Shown: positions 46,253-56,504, counted from the first letter of the stretch. The stretch: DNA of 64,000 bases from Pseudomonadota bacterium (GCA_025356815.1 JANXQL010000028.1:10930-74929); one strand, 5' to 3'. Made by a program: numbers and translations. The notes: generated by a model not told the origin, from the letters alone.

Positions 46253-47161
46253 ATGACAGCGCTGACCGATTCGCGCGCGCGCCTGGCGGGCGTCGCCGCC
46301 GCGGTGTTTGCGGTGACGATCTGGGCCGGTTGGATCCCGGTCACGCGGCTCGGCGTGATCACCCGCCTCACGCCTGTCGACGTCGCGGCGCTGCGCTACG
46401 GCACCTCTGGCCTGCTGCTGCTGCCGGTGCTGCTCGCGCGCTGGCGCGAGGTGCCATGGCAGCGCGTCGGCCTGCTCGCGGCGATGATCGTCGGCGCCGG
46501 CGTGCCCTACTTCCTCGTGTTCGCCACCGGATTGCGCATGGCGAACTCAGGCCAGGGTGGCGTGCTCGGCCCCGGTGCCTCCGGCGTGTTCACCGTGCTG
46601 ATCGCGGCACTGCTGCTCGGCGAGCGACCCGGCCGGATGCAGTTCTTGGGCGTGTCGATCACCGCCGCCGGCGTCGCGCTGGTCGTGCTGCACGAGCTGT
46701 ACGCCGGCGGGGCGCGGGCAGCAGGGTTCGCGCTGATCCTGTGCGCGTCGCTCGGCTGGGCCAGCTTCACGGTCGCCAGCCGCGTGCTGCGGCTGCGTCC
46801 GGTGGTCACCACCGCGGTGATTGCGGTCGTCAACGGGGCGCTGTACCTGCCGTTCTACCTCGCGAGCGGCAATCCGCTGCGACTGGCCGCCGTGCCCGCG
46901 CACGACATCGTCCTGCAGGTCGTCTATCAGGGTGTGCTGACCGGCATTATCGCGCTGATCGCGTTCACGTTCGCGGTCGGGCGCCTCGGGGCCGCGGGCG
47001 CGGCGAGCTTCACGCCACTCTCGCCGGTACTGGTGGCCGTGTCCGGCTGGCTGATCCTCGGCGATACCGTCGACGCCGCGACCGCCGCGGGGCTGGCGGC
47101 GGTCGGGCTCGGCGTATTCGTCGCCAATCGTGGCGATGCGTGGGTCAGGGCGTTGCGATGA
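46253..47161 (+). CDS. DMT-superfamily (EamA) transporter
   Basis: About ten predicted TM segments, with two EamA-like halves. Confidence 0.75.
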   Translation: MTALTDSRARLAGVAAAVFAVTIWAGWIPVTRLGVITRLTPVDVAALRYGTSGLLLLPVLLARWREVPWQRVGLLAAMIVGAGVPYFLVFATGLRMANSGQGGVLGPGASGVFTVLIAALLLGERPGRMQFLGVSITAAGVALVVLHELYAGGARAAGFALILCASLGWASFTVASRVLRLRPVVTTAVIAVVNGALYLPFYLASGNPLRLAAVPAHDIVLQVVYQGVLTGIIALIAFTFAVGRLGAAGAASFTPLSPVLVAVSGWLILGDTVDAATAAGLAAVGLGVFVANRGDAWVRALR

Positions 47162-47663
47162 CGCCGCAGGCGACGCGCGCACCTGCGTTACCGGCCGGCT
47201 GCGAGGTGTAGTCGTCCCGGTCGCGGTGCACCACGACGCTGCGGCCGACGATCGACAGCGGGCCTACGGCCAGCGTCACGCCCTCGAGCACCAGCTCGAC
47301 GTGCACCTCGCCCTTGGCGTCGGCGACGACGCTCGGCGCGTCGCCGGCATGATGCGGCGTGCTGCCTGCGCGGCCGTGGACAGCGCCACCCGGGTTGAAG
47401 TGACCGCCGGCGCTGGTCGCATCCGCAGCCGAGCAGTCGCCCTTGTCATGGACGTGCAGGCCGTGTTCCGACCCGGGCGCGAGGCCGTGCAGATCGAGGC
47501 GCGCGTGCACGACGCCCTTGCGCTCGGTGAGCGCAAGGTGGCCTGCGACGCTGCTCCCGGCGCGTGACTCCAGCGACGCCGACGCGGTCGGCGCCGGGGG
47601 TAGTGTGGCGCAACCGGCGAGCGAACAGCCGGCGATCGTCATCAACAGCAGGGCCTGGCGCAT
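47145..47663 (-). CDS. sodC: Cu/Zn superoxide dismutase, lipoprotein form
   Basis: MRQALLLMTIAGCSLAGC lipobox. HGLHVHDKGDC, GGHFNP, HHAGD, VVVHRDRDD, ARVACGVI. The AAGGAG Shine-Dalgarno is best spaced for the ATG at 47663; the track start is 47669. Confidence 0.9.
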   Translation of the reverse strand: MRQALLLMTIAGCSLAGCATLPPAPTASASLESRAGSSVAGHLALTERKGVVHARLDLHGLAPGSEHGLHVHDKGDCSAADATSAGGHFNPGGAVHGRAGSTPHHAGDAPSVVADAKGEVHVELVLEGVTLAVGPLSIVGRSVVVHRDRDDYTSQPAGNAGARVACGVIATP

Positions 47664-47739
47664 GGGCATCTCCTTGCGAGAGCGCGACGGGAGGGGCAGC
47701 GTAGTCCGCGCCGGCCGCTGGCGCCAGCGTCTGCGCCGC

Positions 47740-48240
47740 TCAGCCGTCGCGCGCGTGCGCGCGTCGCAGCACGTACTCGCGCCGGACCCGCCAGACCAGG
47801 TAGGCGAGGATCACGATGTTGAGCGCGATCACCAACACCTTGTTCCAGCTCGGGTGCACGGTGAGCTCGTAAATCTCGAAGGGAATCAGCGAGCTTGTGG
47901 CAATCACAGTCAGCCACTCGGCCCAGTAGCGGCCGCGCCAGAGACCGACGCCCTCGACCACGAACAGCGAGGCGTACAGGAAGGTCGCGGTCGCCAGCAA
48001 CTGGATCCGCGATGGGCTGAGCCCGCTCAAAAAGCCGATTGCCTGGCGCAGCATGTGCTGTTCGACGCGGTACGGCATCTCGTCCGCGAGGCGGTACAGA
48101 CGCGCCAGGAACGACGGCTCGTAGAACGACAGGAGCCCGAGACCCACGACGATGAAGAACGCGGCCTTGAGCATCTTGAAGCTCGCGATCACGCGCAGGA
48201 AGAGCAGCGAACGCGGCAGGGGGTGGGGCGGATGTGGCAC
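47740..48240 (-). CDS. DUF2127-family membrane protein; start uncertain
   Basis: ...LRVIASFKMLKAAFFIVVGLGLLSF...WAEWLTVIATSSLIPFEIYEL. An in-frame GTG at 48240 was chosen. The remainder of track ORF 47740..50133 is antisense to the RND gene. Confidence 0.6.
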   Translation of the reverse strand: MPHPPHPLPRSLLFLRVIASFKMLKAAFFIVVGLGLLSFYEPSFLARLYRLADEMPYRVEQHMLRQAIGFLSGLSPSRIQLLATATFLYASLFVVEGVGLWRGRYWAEWLTVIATSSLIPFEIYELTVHPSWNKVLVIALNIVILAYLVWRVRREYVLRRAHARDG

Positions 48241-48326
48241 GGCGCGGTATGGGTGGCAGGCCGCGCAGTCTGCGATCCCCGGGCGGGTCGTGCAAGCGTG
48301 GCTTGTCGACCCGGTTGGGGAGTGCG

Positions 48327-51300
48327 TCAGCCGCCCGTCGTCGGCGCGTACACCTCGACCGCTGGCGGCAGCAGCTTGTACATGACCGGCGTGACCAGTC
48401 GTGCCAGCAGCGTCGAGGAGATCAGCCCGCCGATGATGGTCACCGCCAGCGGCGAATACAGCCCGGAGCCCTGCAACGCCAGCGGCAGCAGACCACCAAT
48501 CGCGGTCGCCGAGGTCAGCAGGATCGGCAGGAAGCGTACTTCGCCCGCCTTCTCGATCGCCTCGGCCAGCGGCCGCCCCTGCGCGCGCAGCTGGTTGGTG
48601 AAGTCGACCAGCAGGATGGAGTTCTTGATCTCGATGCCGACGAGCGCGATCATGCCGATGATCGAGGTGAACGACAGCGTGTAGCCGGTGACCAGCAGCG
48701 CCAGCAGCGCGCCGGTGACGCCAAGCGGGATGACCGTCGCGACGATCAGCGTCGAGCGGAAGCTGCCGAACTCCAGCACGAGCACCGCAAGGATGCCGAA
48801 CACCGCCACCAGCACCGCTGGCAACAGGCCGCCGAAGCTTTCCGCCTGCGCCTCCACTTCGCCTGCGACCACGTAGCGATAGCCCGGCGGGAATTCGACG
48901 CCGGCCAGGCGCCTGAGCAGCTCGGCCGTGACCTTGGCCGTGTTGTAGCCGCCGCGCACTTCGCTGGAGACGGTCACCTGGCGCTCGCGGTTGTAGCGCG
49001 TGATCGAATTGGGTGCGGTCTCGAAGCGCGGCCGCGCGATCTCGCGCAGCGGCACCTGCCGGCCGCTGATCGAGCTCACCACGATGCGGTCGAGCGCATC
49101 CAGCGTCTGTCGTTCGTTCATCGGCAGACGCAGCGTGATGTCGTATTCGTCGCCGTTGCCGGCGCGGAACTGCCCGGCGTTGAGTCCCGCGACCGCCATC
49201 CGGACCGTGCGATTGGCCTCGAACGCGGACACGCCGAGCAGTCCGGCCTTCTCGGTATCGATGCCGAGGTTCAGGTCGGTACGCAGCAGCCGCGAGGGAT
49301 TCTTGATGTCGCGCGTGCCCGGCGTGTCGTGCAGCACCTGCTCGAGCTGGCCTGCCAGTCTGCGCAGGCCGTCGATCTCGGGGCCGACGATGCGGATCGC
49401 GATCGGGTTGTCGATCGGCGGTCCCTGCTGGAACTGCTTCACGGTGATCTCGGCGGCCGGGTACTCGGCGAAGCGCGTGCGCAGTTCCTCGAACAGCCGC
49501 GGCGTGCGCGCGGCGTCGAACGAATCCAGCTCGACGTAGACCTCGCCGACGTTCGCGCTGCGACCCACCGGGAAGACGTTGTAGTAGACGAACGGCGTAC
49601 CGTGGCCGACGTGCGTGAACCAGCGACGAACCTCGCGGTGCCGGCCGAGCTCGTCCTCGACCACCTTCAGCGCACGCTCGGTCTCGGCGACGCTCGCGCC
49701 GTTGGGGGCCTCGACCCTGACGATGAACTGCGGCACGTCCGCCGCCGGGAACAGGCTGAAGCCGATCAGCGGCACGGTCGCAAGGCCGCCCACCAGCAGC
49801 AGGCCCGCCGCCGCCAGCGTCTTCCCCGGGTGACCGAGCGTCCAGCGCAGCGCCGGTCCGTAGATCGCGTGGATCGCCGCCATGATCCGTGCCAGCAGCC
49901 GGTCGGCGAGCAGGTCGAAACGGTGCACCCAGCCGAGCATGCCGCGGCTCGCAGGCACCGCATGACCGCTGCGCAGCAGACGGCTGGCGAGGAACGGGAT
50001 CACGGTCAGCGCGACGAACAGCGAGGCGATCACCGTGAACAGGATCGCCGCCGGCAGCGAGCGGATGAACTGACCCGCACCCTCGGGCAGGAACAGCAGC
50101 GGCAGGAACGCGAGCAGCAGCGTCGCGGTGCAACCCAGTACCGCCAGGTAGATCTGGTCGGTTGCCTTGACCGCGGCTTCGACGCGCGTGTAGCCCTCAC
50201 GGATGTAGCGGGAGATGTTCTCGACGACGACGATGGAGTCATCGACGAGCAGGCCCAGCGCCAGCACGAAGCCGGCGATCGACAGCTGGTTCAGCCCGAA
50301 GCCGGTCAGGTACAGCAGCGCAAGCCCGATCGCGAGCGACAGCGGCACCGAGATCATCACCACTCCGGCGGCGCGCAGGCCGAGCGGCAGCAGCGTCAGC
50401 AACACGAGGCCCACCGCGATCGCGAAGTCCGTGCCGAGGCGATCGAGGCGATGGCGCACGTTCTTCGACTGGTCGAAGCCCCGGTCCAGGCGGATCTCCG
50501 GCGACAGCGTGCGCTCGAACTCGGGCAGCTTCGCATAGATGCCGTCGCGCACCTTGAAGATGTTGGTCGCGTCCTTCTGGTTGGCGGTCACGAACACCGC
50601 GCGGTGGCCATTGAGCCGGCCGGTGTAGGCGTGCTCGGCGGTCTGCCAGGAGACCTCGGCAATGTCCCGGACCTTGACGATCCGGCCGACGCCGCCCCCG
50701 ACCACGGTGTTGGCGATCTCGTCGAGCGAAGCGTAGCTGCCGGACGTGCGCAGGTTGTAACGGCGCAAGCCCACGTCGACCGAGCCACCAGGAATACTGA
50801 CGTTCTGCCCCTGGATCGCCTGCGCGACCTGGCCGAGCGTGAGCCCGGCATGCGCGAGTCGCTGCAGGTCGATGGCGACCCGCACCTCCGGCTCCGGGTA
50901 GGCCCACGTTTCGGCGGTGCGCACGCCCGGCACCGTCTCGATCAGGTCACGCAAGGCTTCCGCGCGCTCCTTCAGCTCGCGGTAGCTCGCGCTGTCGCTG
51001 ACCAGCGCCATCTGCACGATGTTCACCAGGCCGGGGTTGTTCTTGACGATGTCGATCTTGGCGATCCCGGCGGGCAGCGTCGGCCGGATGCGGTTGAACT
51101 CGCGGATCACCTCGTCCTGCTTTTTCTCCGGATCCGAGCCGTAGTAGAACTCGACGTGCACGACCGCGAGTCCGTCGAACGCGGAGCTCTGGATCTTCTT
51201 GACGTTCTCGAGCGAATTGATCGCATCCTCGAGAGGCTTGACGACCGTGCGCTCCATGTCGCTCGGATCGGCGCCGGGCCAGACGACAGTGATGGTCGTG

Positions 51301-51431
51301 GCGGGGAACGGGAAAGTCGGATCCTCGGAGCGCGGAATGCTGATGAAACTCGCGATGCCGAGCGCGATCAGCAGCGCGAACAGCACCAGCGTGAACTGCC
51401 AGCGCCGGACCGCGAACGCCCAGATGCTCAT
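48327..51431 (-). CDS. RND efflux transporter permease subunit (AcrB/AcrD/AcrF superfamily)
   Basis: 1034 aa: MSIWAFAVRRWQFTLVLFALLIALGIASF.... 12-TM architecture with two large periplasmic loops. Confidence 0.9.
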   Translation of the reverse strand: MSIWAFAVRRWQFTLVLFALLIALGIASFISIPRSEDPTFPFPATTITVVWPGADPSDMERTVVKPLEDAINSLENVKKIQSSAFDGLAVVHVEFYYGSDPEKKQDEVIREFNRIRPTLPAGIAKIDIVKNNPGLVNIVQMALVSDSASYRELKERAEALRDLIETVPGVRTAETWAYPEPEVRVAIDLQRLAHAGLTLGQVAQAIQGQNVSIPGGSVDVGLRRYNLRTSGSYASLDEIANTVVGGGVGRIVKVRDIAEVSWQTAEHAYTGRLNGHRAVFVTANQKDATNIFKVRDGIYAKLPEFERTLSPEIRLDRGFDQSKNVRHRLDRLGTDFAIAVGLVLLTLLPLGLRAAGVVMISVPLSLAIGLALLYLTGFGLNQLSIAGFVLALGLLVDDSIVVVENISRYIREGYTRVEAAVKATDQIYLAVLGCTATLLLAFLPLLFLPEGAGQFIRSLPAAILFTVIASLFVALTVIPFLASRLLRSGHAVPASRGMLGWVHRFDLLADRLLARIMAAIHAIYGPALRWTLGHPGKTLAAAGLLLVGGLATVPLIGFSLFPAADVPQFIVRVEAPNGASVAETERALKVVEDELGRHREVRRWFTHVGHGTPFVYYNVFPVGRSANVGEVYVELDSFDAARTPRLFEELRTRFAEYPAAEITVKQFQQGPPIDNPIAIRIVGPEIDGLRRLAGQLEQVLHDTPGTRDIKNPSRLLRTDLNLGIDTEKAGLLGVSAFEANRTVRMAVAGLNAGQFRAGNGDEYDITLRLPMNERQTLDALDRIVVSSISGRQVPLREIARPRFETAPNSITRYNRERQVTVSSEVRGGYNTAKVTAELLRRLAGVEFPPGYRYVVAGEVEAQAESFGGLLPAVLVAVFGILAVLVLEFGSFRSTLIVATVIPLGVTGALLALLVTGYTLSFTSIIGMIALVGIEIKNSILLVDFTNQLRAQGRPLAEAIEKAGEVRFLPILLTSATAIGGLLPLALQGSGLYSPLAVTIIGGLISSTLLARLVTPVMYKLLPPAVEVYAPTTGG

Positions 51432-52510
51432 GAGCCGGTCCGCGTGCCGGCGGGCAGCGCCGCGGTCGCGATCCGTACGGCCTCCCCATCCTGCAGGAAC
51501 GCGCCGCCATCGACGACGACCAGCGCGCCGACCTGCAGGCCGTCGAGTACCTCGACCCGAGTGTCGCTCATGCGGCCGATGTGGATCGTCACTCGCCGGG
51601 CGGTCCGGCCGTCGGCTCCCAGCACGAACACGCTCGCCTCGCCGCCGCTGGCCTCGACCAGTGCCTGCACCGGGATCACCTTCGTCGCTGCACCGACGGC
51701 GGGGCTGAGCGCGACCTTCGCGACCAGTCCCTGCACGAACGCGGCCCCGTCGGCGCTGACCGCGATCTCGACCGTGAACGTCCCGGTGGCCGGGTCCGCG
51801 CTCGAGGAGAGGTTCGCGACGCGGCCCGCGAACGCACGTCCCGGCCAGGCATCGAAGCTCACCCGTGCCGCGTCACCTACGTGCACGCGCACCACGTCCC
51901 GATCGGCGAGTGCGACGCGCACGATCCAGCCACGGTCGGCGCTGCCGACGACCACGACTGGCTGGCCGGGCTGCACGAGCTCGCCGACCTCGGCGAGCTT
52001 CCTGAGCACTATGCCGTCGGCCGGCGCGAGGATCCGTGTGTAGCGGGCGTTGAACTCTGCCGCCTGCAGCGCGGCGGCGCCGACGGCGGCCGCGGTGCCC
52101 GCGTCCTCCAGCTGTTCCATGGTCGCCACGCCGTCGGCCTGCAGCGCCTTGACGCGCGCGAGGTCGCGCGCAGCCTTGGCGGCGCCCTGGCGCGCCTGCT
52201 CGACGGCTGCACCGATCTCCGCCTGCTTGAGCACGGCCAGCTGCTGGCCGGCGCGCACCTGCGCGCCTTCCTCGGCGCGCAGCACGTCGATCACGCCACC
52301 GACCTTGAATGACAGCCGCGCCTCGTTCTTTGGCGACAGCACGCCGACGGCCTGCACGCCGTCTGCCAGCGCATCGAGCGCGACCGGCGCGACGCGGACC
52401 GGTCGCGATGGCGGGGCGGCGGGCGTCGAAGGCCCCGCTCCGCCACAGGCCGCGAGCAGGATCGCCAGCAGCGTGATCGCCGGCAGCGGGTGGGTGAGGC
52501 GGGGCTTCAT
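51428..52510 (-). CDS. RND efflux periplasmic adaptor (membrane fusion protein)
   Basis: Lipobox LLAACGG. Coiled-coil/hairpin region AEIGAAVEQARQGAAKAARDLARVKAL. 4-nt overlaps with both neighbours. Confidence 0.85.
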   Translation of the reverse strand: MKPRLTHPLPAITLLAILLAACGGAGPSTPAAPPSRPVRVAPVALDALADGVQAVGVLSPKNEARLSFKVGGVIDVLRAEEGAQVRAGQQLAVLKQAEIGAAVEQARQGAAKAARDLARVKALQADGVATMEQLEDAGTAAAVGAAALQAAEFNARYTRILAPADGIVLRKLAEVGELVQPGQPVVVVGSADRGWIVRVALADRDVVRVHVGDAARVSFDAWPGRAFAGRVANLSSSADPATGTFTVEIAVSADGAAFVQGLVAKVALSPAVGAATKVIPVQALVEASGGEASVFVLGADGRTARRVTIHIGRMSDTRVEVLDGLQVGALVVVDGGAFLQDGEAVRIATAALPAGTRTGS

Positions 52511-53991
52511 GGCAGGAACTCCGGCGTCGTGGCGCGGCGAGTGCCGAGCGCGTACTCAAGCTGTGCGAGCGTGTCGAGCGCGCCGTAGCGCGTCAGATTG
52601 CGGTTCAGTTCGGCCTCCGTCAGCACGCGACGCGCGTCGATGAACTCGGCCTGGTTGATCTGGCCGAGGTCGCGCTTGCGCTCGGCGATGCGAAACGCAC
52701 CGTGCGCGGCGTCGACGCGGCGGGCGGCGGTGTCGATCGAGGCCATCGCGACCTCCACGCCGTCCAGCGCCTGCTCGACCTCGAGAAGGATGCGCTGCTC
52801 AGCGAGCGCGCGCTGGCTGCGCGCGGCGCGGCCGACGGCGCGCGCGGCGGCGAGTCCTGCGGCGTCGGCGCCACCGTTGAACAGGTTGAAGCGCAGCACC
52901 AGCGAGGCGAGCACGTAGCGGTCGTCACTGCCGAACCCATAGCGCTCGCCCTGCGAGCCTGCATCGACGGCGAGCGCGAGCTGCGGCTTGAAAGCGGCGC
53001 GGGCGAGGCGCTCACCGGCGGTGGCCGCGGCGCCCGCGGCATCGAGCTGCGCAAGCTCGGCGCGCCGCCCGACGGCGGCGGCTGATAGCACCGGCAGTGC
53101 GAGCGTGCCGGTGCCGAGGCGCTGCGCGAGCGAGTCGCGCGCGGCGGTGACATCGGCATCGGCGACCGGCGGCCGCGGCAGCGGCCGGTCGAACGGTGCG
53201 TTGCGGATCAGGTTCACGTAGCTCTGCGCGAGGCGCTCGACGTTGCGCGCCCCGAGCAGCGTCTGCTCCACCTCGAGCAGGTCGGCCTCCGCCCGGTAGA
53301 CGAGGTCGGGCGTGATCTTGCCGTTGGCATACAGGCTCTGGTTCACGCGCAGGTTGGCGCGCGCCAGTTCGAGCGTCGCCTCGAGGATGCCGCGTCGCTC
53401 GCCGGCCTGCAGCCAGCGGTAGTAGGCGCCGCGCATGTCGCGGTCGATGCGCCCGGCGAGCGCCTCGCGCGCAGCCTCGGCGCCTGCGAGGCCCGCCGCC
53501 GACGCGTCGCGAGCGGCGCCGATGCGCGCGTCATACAGCGGCTGCGTCAGGGTCAGGTGCGTGTCCTGCTCACGGGGTCGAAGCAGGTGTATCGACTGGT
53601 TGCTGACCGAAGCGAAGCGGCTGCCGCCGGCCAGCTGGTTGAGCGTCGCATAGACCGGGTTGAGCAGGTCGCCAACCGGAAAATCGATGGTGCGACCACC
53701 GTCGGCGGCCGAGTAGCGCGCGTCCAGCGCAAGCGCCGGCAGGTAGCGGGCGCGCGCCGAGTCCAGTGCCGCGAGCCGTTCGGCGGCATTGGCGCTGGCG
53801 ATGTCGAGTTCCAGGTTCGCGCGCCGCGCATCCTGCACCAGCGCCTCGACGACCGCGACGAGGGGCGCGTCGGCACCCGGCGAGGGCTCCGCATGCGCGC
53901 TCGCGGTCGCGAGCAGCACGGCGAAGGTCAGCGCGAGGGCGACGAGCTGGGCGAGGCCGCGGGCGTAGTCACGTGTTGATGTATTGGACAT
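52507..53991 (-). CDS. TolC-family outer membrane efflux protein
   Basis: 494 aa. Signal peptide, then two repeated coiled-coil halves typical of the OMF family. Confidence 0.8.
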   Translation of the reverse strand: MSNTSTRDYARGLAQLVALALTFAVLLATASAHAEPSPGADAPLVAVVEALVQDARRANLELDIASANAAERLAALDSARARYLPALALDARYSAADGGRTIDFPVGDLLNPVYATLNQLAGGSRFASVSNQSIHLLRPREQDTHLTLTQPLYDARIGAARDASAAGLAGAEAAREALAGRIDRDMRGAYYRWLQAGERRGILEATLELARANLRVNQSLYANGKITPDLVYRAEADLLEVEQTLLGARNVERLAQSYVNLIRNAPFDRPLPRPPVADADVTAARDSLAQRLGTGTLALPVLSAAAVGRRAELAQLDAAGAAATAGERLARAAFKPQLALAVDAGSQGERYGFGSDDRYVLASLVLRFNLFNGGADAAGLAAARAVGRAARSQRALAEQRILLEVEQALDGVEVAMASIDTAARRVDAAHGAFRIAERKRDLGQINQAEFIDARRVLTEAELNRNLTRYGALDTLAQLEYALGTRRATTPEFLP

Positions 53992-54016
53992 CTGTCAATT
54001 CCGGGCCAAAAAAGGG

Positions 54017-54664
54017 TCAGCTGTGCTTTGGGGCGGCGGTCATCGAGGTCAGCAGCCCGAACGCGTACTCGCTGAAGTCGGGGACCGAGATCTGCAGGCG
54101 GTTGAGGTCGCGCGCCTTGGCCATCGCCAGCTGGATGATCCCGTGGGTGAACGCCCACAGCGAGACGGCCAGCAGCATCGGGTCGCCGATGTCCGGACGG
54201 ATGCTGCCATCGGCCACGCCCGTGCGGATCGCGGCCACGACGACCCCGATCGCCTGGTCGCCCGCGGTCGCGCAGGCGCCTTCGTTGGAGCCGGGATCCG
54301 GCGAGACCGAGTGCGCCTGGAAACGGGCGCAGACGTCGAAGTAGTGCGGGAATTGCTGGGCGTAGGCCATGTAGGCGCGACCGATCGCCTCGACCTGCTC
54401 GCGGCCCGTGCCGCCGCGGCCGAGGGCCGCGACGAAGTAGTCGCGCAGGACGGCGAGCGCCCGCGCGCCGATGCCGTACAGCAGCTCTTCCTTGTCCCGG
54501 AAGTAGACGTACAGCAGGGCCCGCGACAGTCGCGCGCTGCGCGCGACCTGGTCCATGGTCACCGCGTCCCAGCCCTTCTCGGCGTACAGGCCCACGGCGG
54601 CATCGAGGATCTCGCCGCGGCGGCGCTCCTTCTCTTCGACCCGGCGTTCGGCGATGTAGGACAT
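54017..54664 (-). CDS. TetR/AcrR-family repressor of the downstream efflux operon
   Basis: HTH EILDAAVGLYAEKGWDAVTMDQVARSARLSRALLYVYFRDKEEL. First gene of the tetR-OMF-MFP-RND string. Confidence 0.85.
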   Translation of the reverse strand: MSYIAERRVEEKERRRGEILDAAVGLYAEKGWDAVTMDQVARSARLSRALLYVYFRDKEELLYGIGARALAVLRDYFVAALGRGGTGREQVEAIGRAYMAYAQQFPHYFDVCARFQAHSVSPDPGSNEGACATAGDQAIGVVVAAIRTGVADGSIRPDIGDPMLLAVSLWAFTHGIIQLAMAKARDLNRLQISVPDFSEYAFGLLTSMTAAPKHS

Positions 54665-54687
54665 GGGGGGGGATTCTAGACTAGAAC

Positions 54688-54718
54688 TGACACAGTGTCA
54701 ATACATGACACTGTGTCA
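54688..54718. promoter_or_regulatory. Tandem 13-bp palindromes TGACACAGTGTCA / TGACACTGTGTCA (probable TetR operators)
   Basis: Two perfect palindromes at 54688-54700 and 54706-54718, 5 nt apart and 24-54 nt upstream of the tetR ATG (54664). An additional palindrome TCTAGACTAGA sits at 54675-54685. Confidence 0.6.
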
Positions 54719-54730
54719 TATTTGTTCCCC

Positions 54731-55687
54731 TCACACTACCCGACCGCGTCGACCGCCGGCCTGGAAGTCGCGCACGTTCGCCGCGAGTTCGTCGAGCGCC
54801 CGCTGGCGCGACTCGAGCGCCGCCCAAGCCGTATGCGGGGTGACGATCAGCCGCTCGAGGTCCGGTGCCAGCAGCGGATGCCCGGGCACGGGCGGCTCCC
54901 CGTCGAGCACATCGATCGCCGCGCCGCCGATCCGCCGGGCGCGCAGCGCCGCCGCGAGTGCGCCGGCGTCGACCAGCGCGCCGCGGGCGGTATTGATCAG
55001 CACGGCGTCGGGCTTGAGCAGCGCGAGCTCCGCGCTGCCGATGAGGTGGCGCGTCGCCGGCGTGATCGGGCAGTGCAGCGTCAGCACGTCGACCTGTGGC
55101 AGCAGCTCGCCCAGCGGCACGCGGCCAGCCTCGGGCGGCGCGCCGGCCCGGTTGGCGACCAGCACCCGCATGCCGAAGGCCTCGGCGATGCGCGCCACCG
55201 CGCGCCCGAGCGTGCCCCAGCCGACGACGCCCAGCGTGCGGCCGGCCAGCTCGCGCAGCGGGTAGTGCAGCATCGTGAACTGGTCCTCGCGTTCCCATGC
55301 GCCGGCCTTCAGGGCCCGGTCGTACTCGCGCAGGTGATGCGTGAGCGCGAGCAGCACCGCCCAGACGTGCTGCACGACGGACGGCGTGCAGTAGTCGCGG
55401 ATGTTGCAGACCGCGACGCCACGCTCGCGCGCCGCGTCCAGATCGACGTTGTTGGTGCCGGTGGCCGTCAGCGCGATCAGCCGCAGGCGGGGGTTGGCCT
55501 CGATTCGTCGGCGGTTGATCTCGACCTTGTTGATCAGCACGACTTCGGCATCCCGGATGCGCTCGTCGACGAGCCCATCGGGCGTATGGGCGTGGATCTC
55601 AAGCGCCGGCAGCACGGCGCGAAGGCCGGTCGCGTCGAGATCGTCGCCGGTGCTCACCGTCGCGAAGTCCAGGAAGACCGCGCGCAT
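54731..55687 (-). CDS. D-isomer-specific 2-hydroxyacid dehydrogenase (glycerate dehydrogenase-like)
   Basis: GRTLGVVGWGTLGRAVARIAEAFGMRV NAD-binding motif. ...LINTARGALVD...TPHTAW. Confidence 0.85.
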   Translation of the reverse strand: MRAVFLDFATVSTGDDLDATGLRAVLPALEIHAHTPDGLVDERIRDAEVVLINKVEINRRRIEANPRLRLIALTATGTNNVDLDAARERGVAVCNIRDYCTPSVVQHVWAVLLALTHHLREYDRALKAGAWEREDQFTMLHYPLRELAGRTLGVVGWGTLGRAVARIAEAFGMRVLVANRAGAPPEAGRVPLGELLPQVDVLTLHCPITPATRHLIGSAELALLKPDAVLINTARGALVDAGALAAALRARRIGGAAIDVLDGEPPVPGHPLLAPDLERLIVTPHTAWAALESRQRALDELAANVRDFQAGGRRGRVV

Positions 55688-55846
55688 CAGCGGGCGGCCC
55701 GGGGCGCGGGGTGGGGGCTCGGGAGGGTCATGGCCCGACGGAAATTACCCGCTACCCCGGCCCGGGACAAGCGGTCGCCCGCGCTTGGACTTCGACCCGG
55801 GATCCATGCTCAACTCGCCCCGTAACTCGCCGCCCGGAGACTTGCC

Positions 55847-56416
55847 ATGACCGACACGCTGTTCACGCGCACGCCTCGCAGTGCGCTCCCTGCCGAGTTC
55901 CACCTTGCGTGGGACACCCTCAACGGCCTGACCGGGGACGCGACCTTCGTCGAGGTGTTCTCGCAGCACCCGTCGATGCTCGACTTCGTGATGAACAAGT
56001 TCTACGGACCGGTGTTCTTCGGAGGCCAGGTCGACAACCGCTACAAGCAGCTGGCGCGGCTGAAGCTGTCGTTGATCCACGGCTGCCTGACCTGCAACAA
56101 GCAGAACGTGCCCGGTGCGCTCGCGGCCGGCATCAGCCAGGCCCAGGTTGACGCGATGGACGACTTCGAGAACGGCCCGTTCAGCGACGCGGAGAAGGCG
56201 GTGATCGGCTATGCCGCGCAGGTCGCGCTGACCAACATCGAAGGTCGCATGTCGCCCGTCCTGTTCGCGCGGCTGCGCCGGCACTTCAGCGAGGCCGACA
56301 TCCTCGAACTCGGCACGGCGATGGCGATCATCTCAGGCATGGCGAAACTGTCGTTCGTGCTCGGGCTGGTGGAGAAGGAAGCCTACTGTCCGTTCGCGCC
56401 CGACGCCGCCGCCTGA
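55847..56416 (+). CDS. Carboxymuconolactone decarboxylase / AhpD-like family protein
   Basis: CXXC in LSLIHGCLTCNKQN; 189 aa. GGAG Shine-Dalgarno. Confidence 0.7.
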   Translation: MTDTLFTRTPRSALPAEFHLAWDTLNGLTGDATFVEVFSQHPSMLDFVMNKFYGPVFFGGQVDNRYKQLARLKLSLIHGCLTCNKQNVPGALAAGISQAQVDAMDDFENGPFSDAEKAVIGYAAQVALTNIEGRMSPVLFARLRRHFSEADILELGTAMAIISGMAKLSFVLGLVEKEAYCPFAPDAAA

Positions 56417-56504
56417 GCGCGGTGCGGTAGCGCGACGGCCAGCCCTGTCGGGCGGAGCCGCGGCTCCGAGGCCGATAGCACGCGGCGATTGCACAGCGCC
56501 GACA

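Noticed and set aside
48234-52043. 1269-aa plus-strand ORF
   Set aside because: It is antisense to the RND permease and membrane-fusion genes and is a shadow ORF.
56453-56468. 16-bp perfect palindrome CGGAGCCGCGGCTCCG between the convergent AhpD-like and anti-sigma genes, considered as a bidirectional terminator
   Set aside because: A perfect palindrome leaves no loop, so the effective stem is about 6 bp, and there is no U-tract on either side. It may be a weak structure or a protein site, which is not enough to call.
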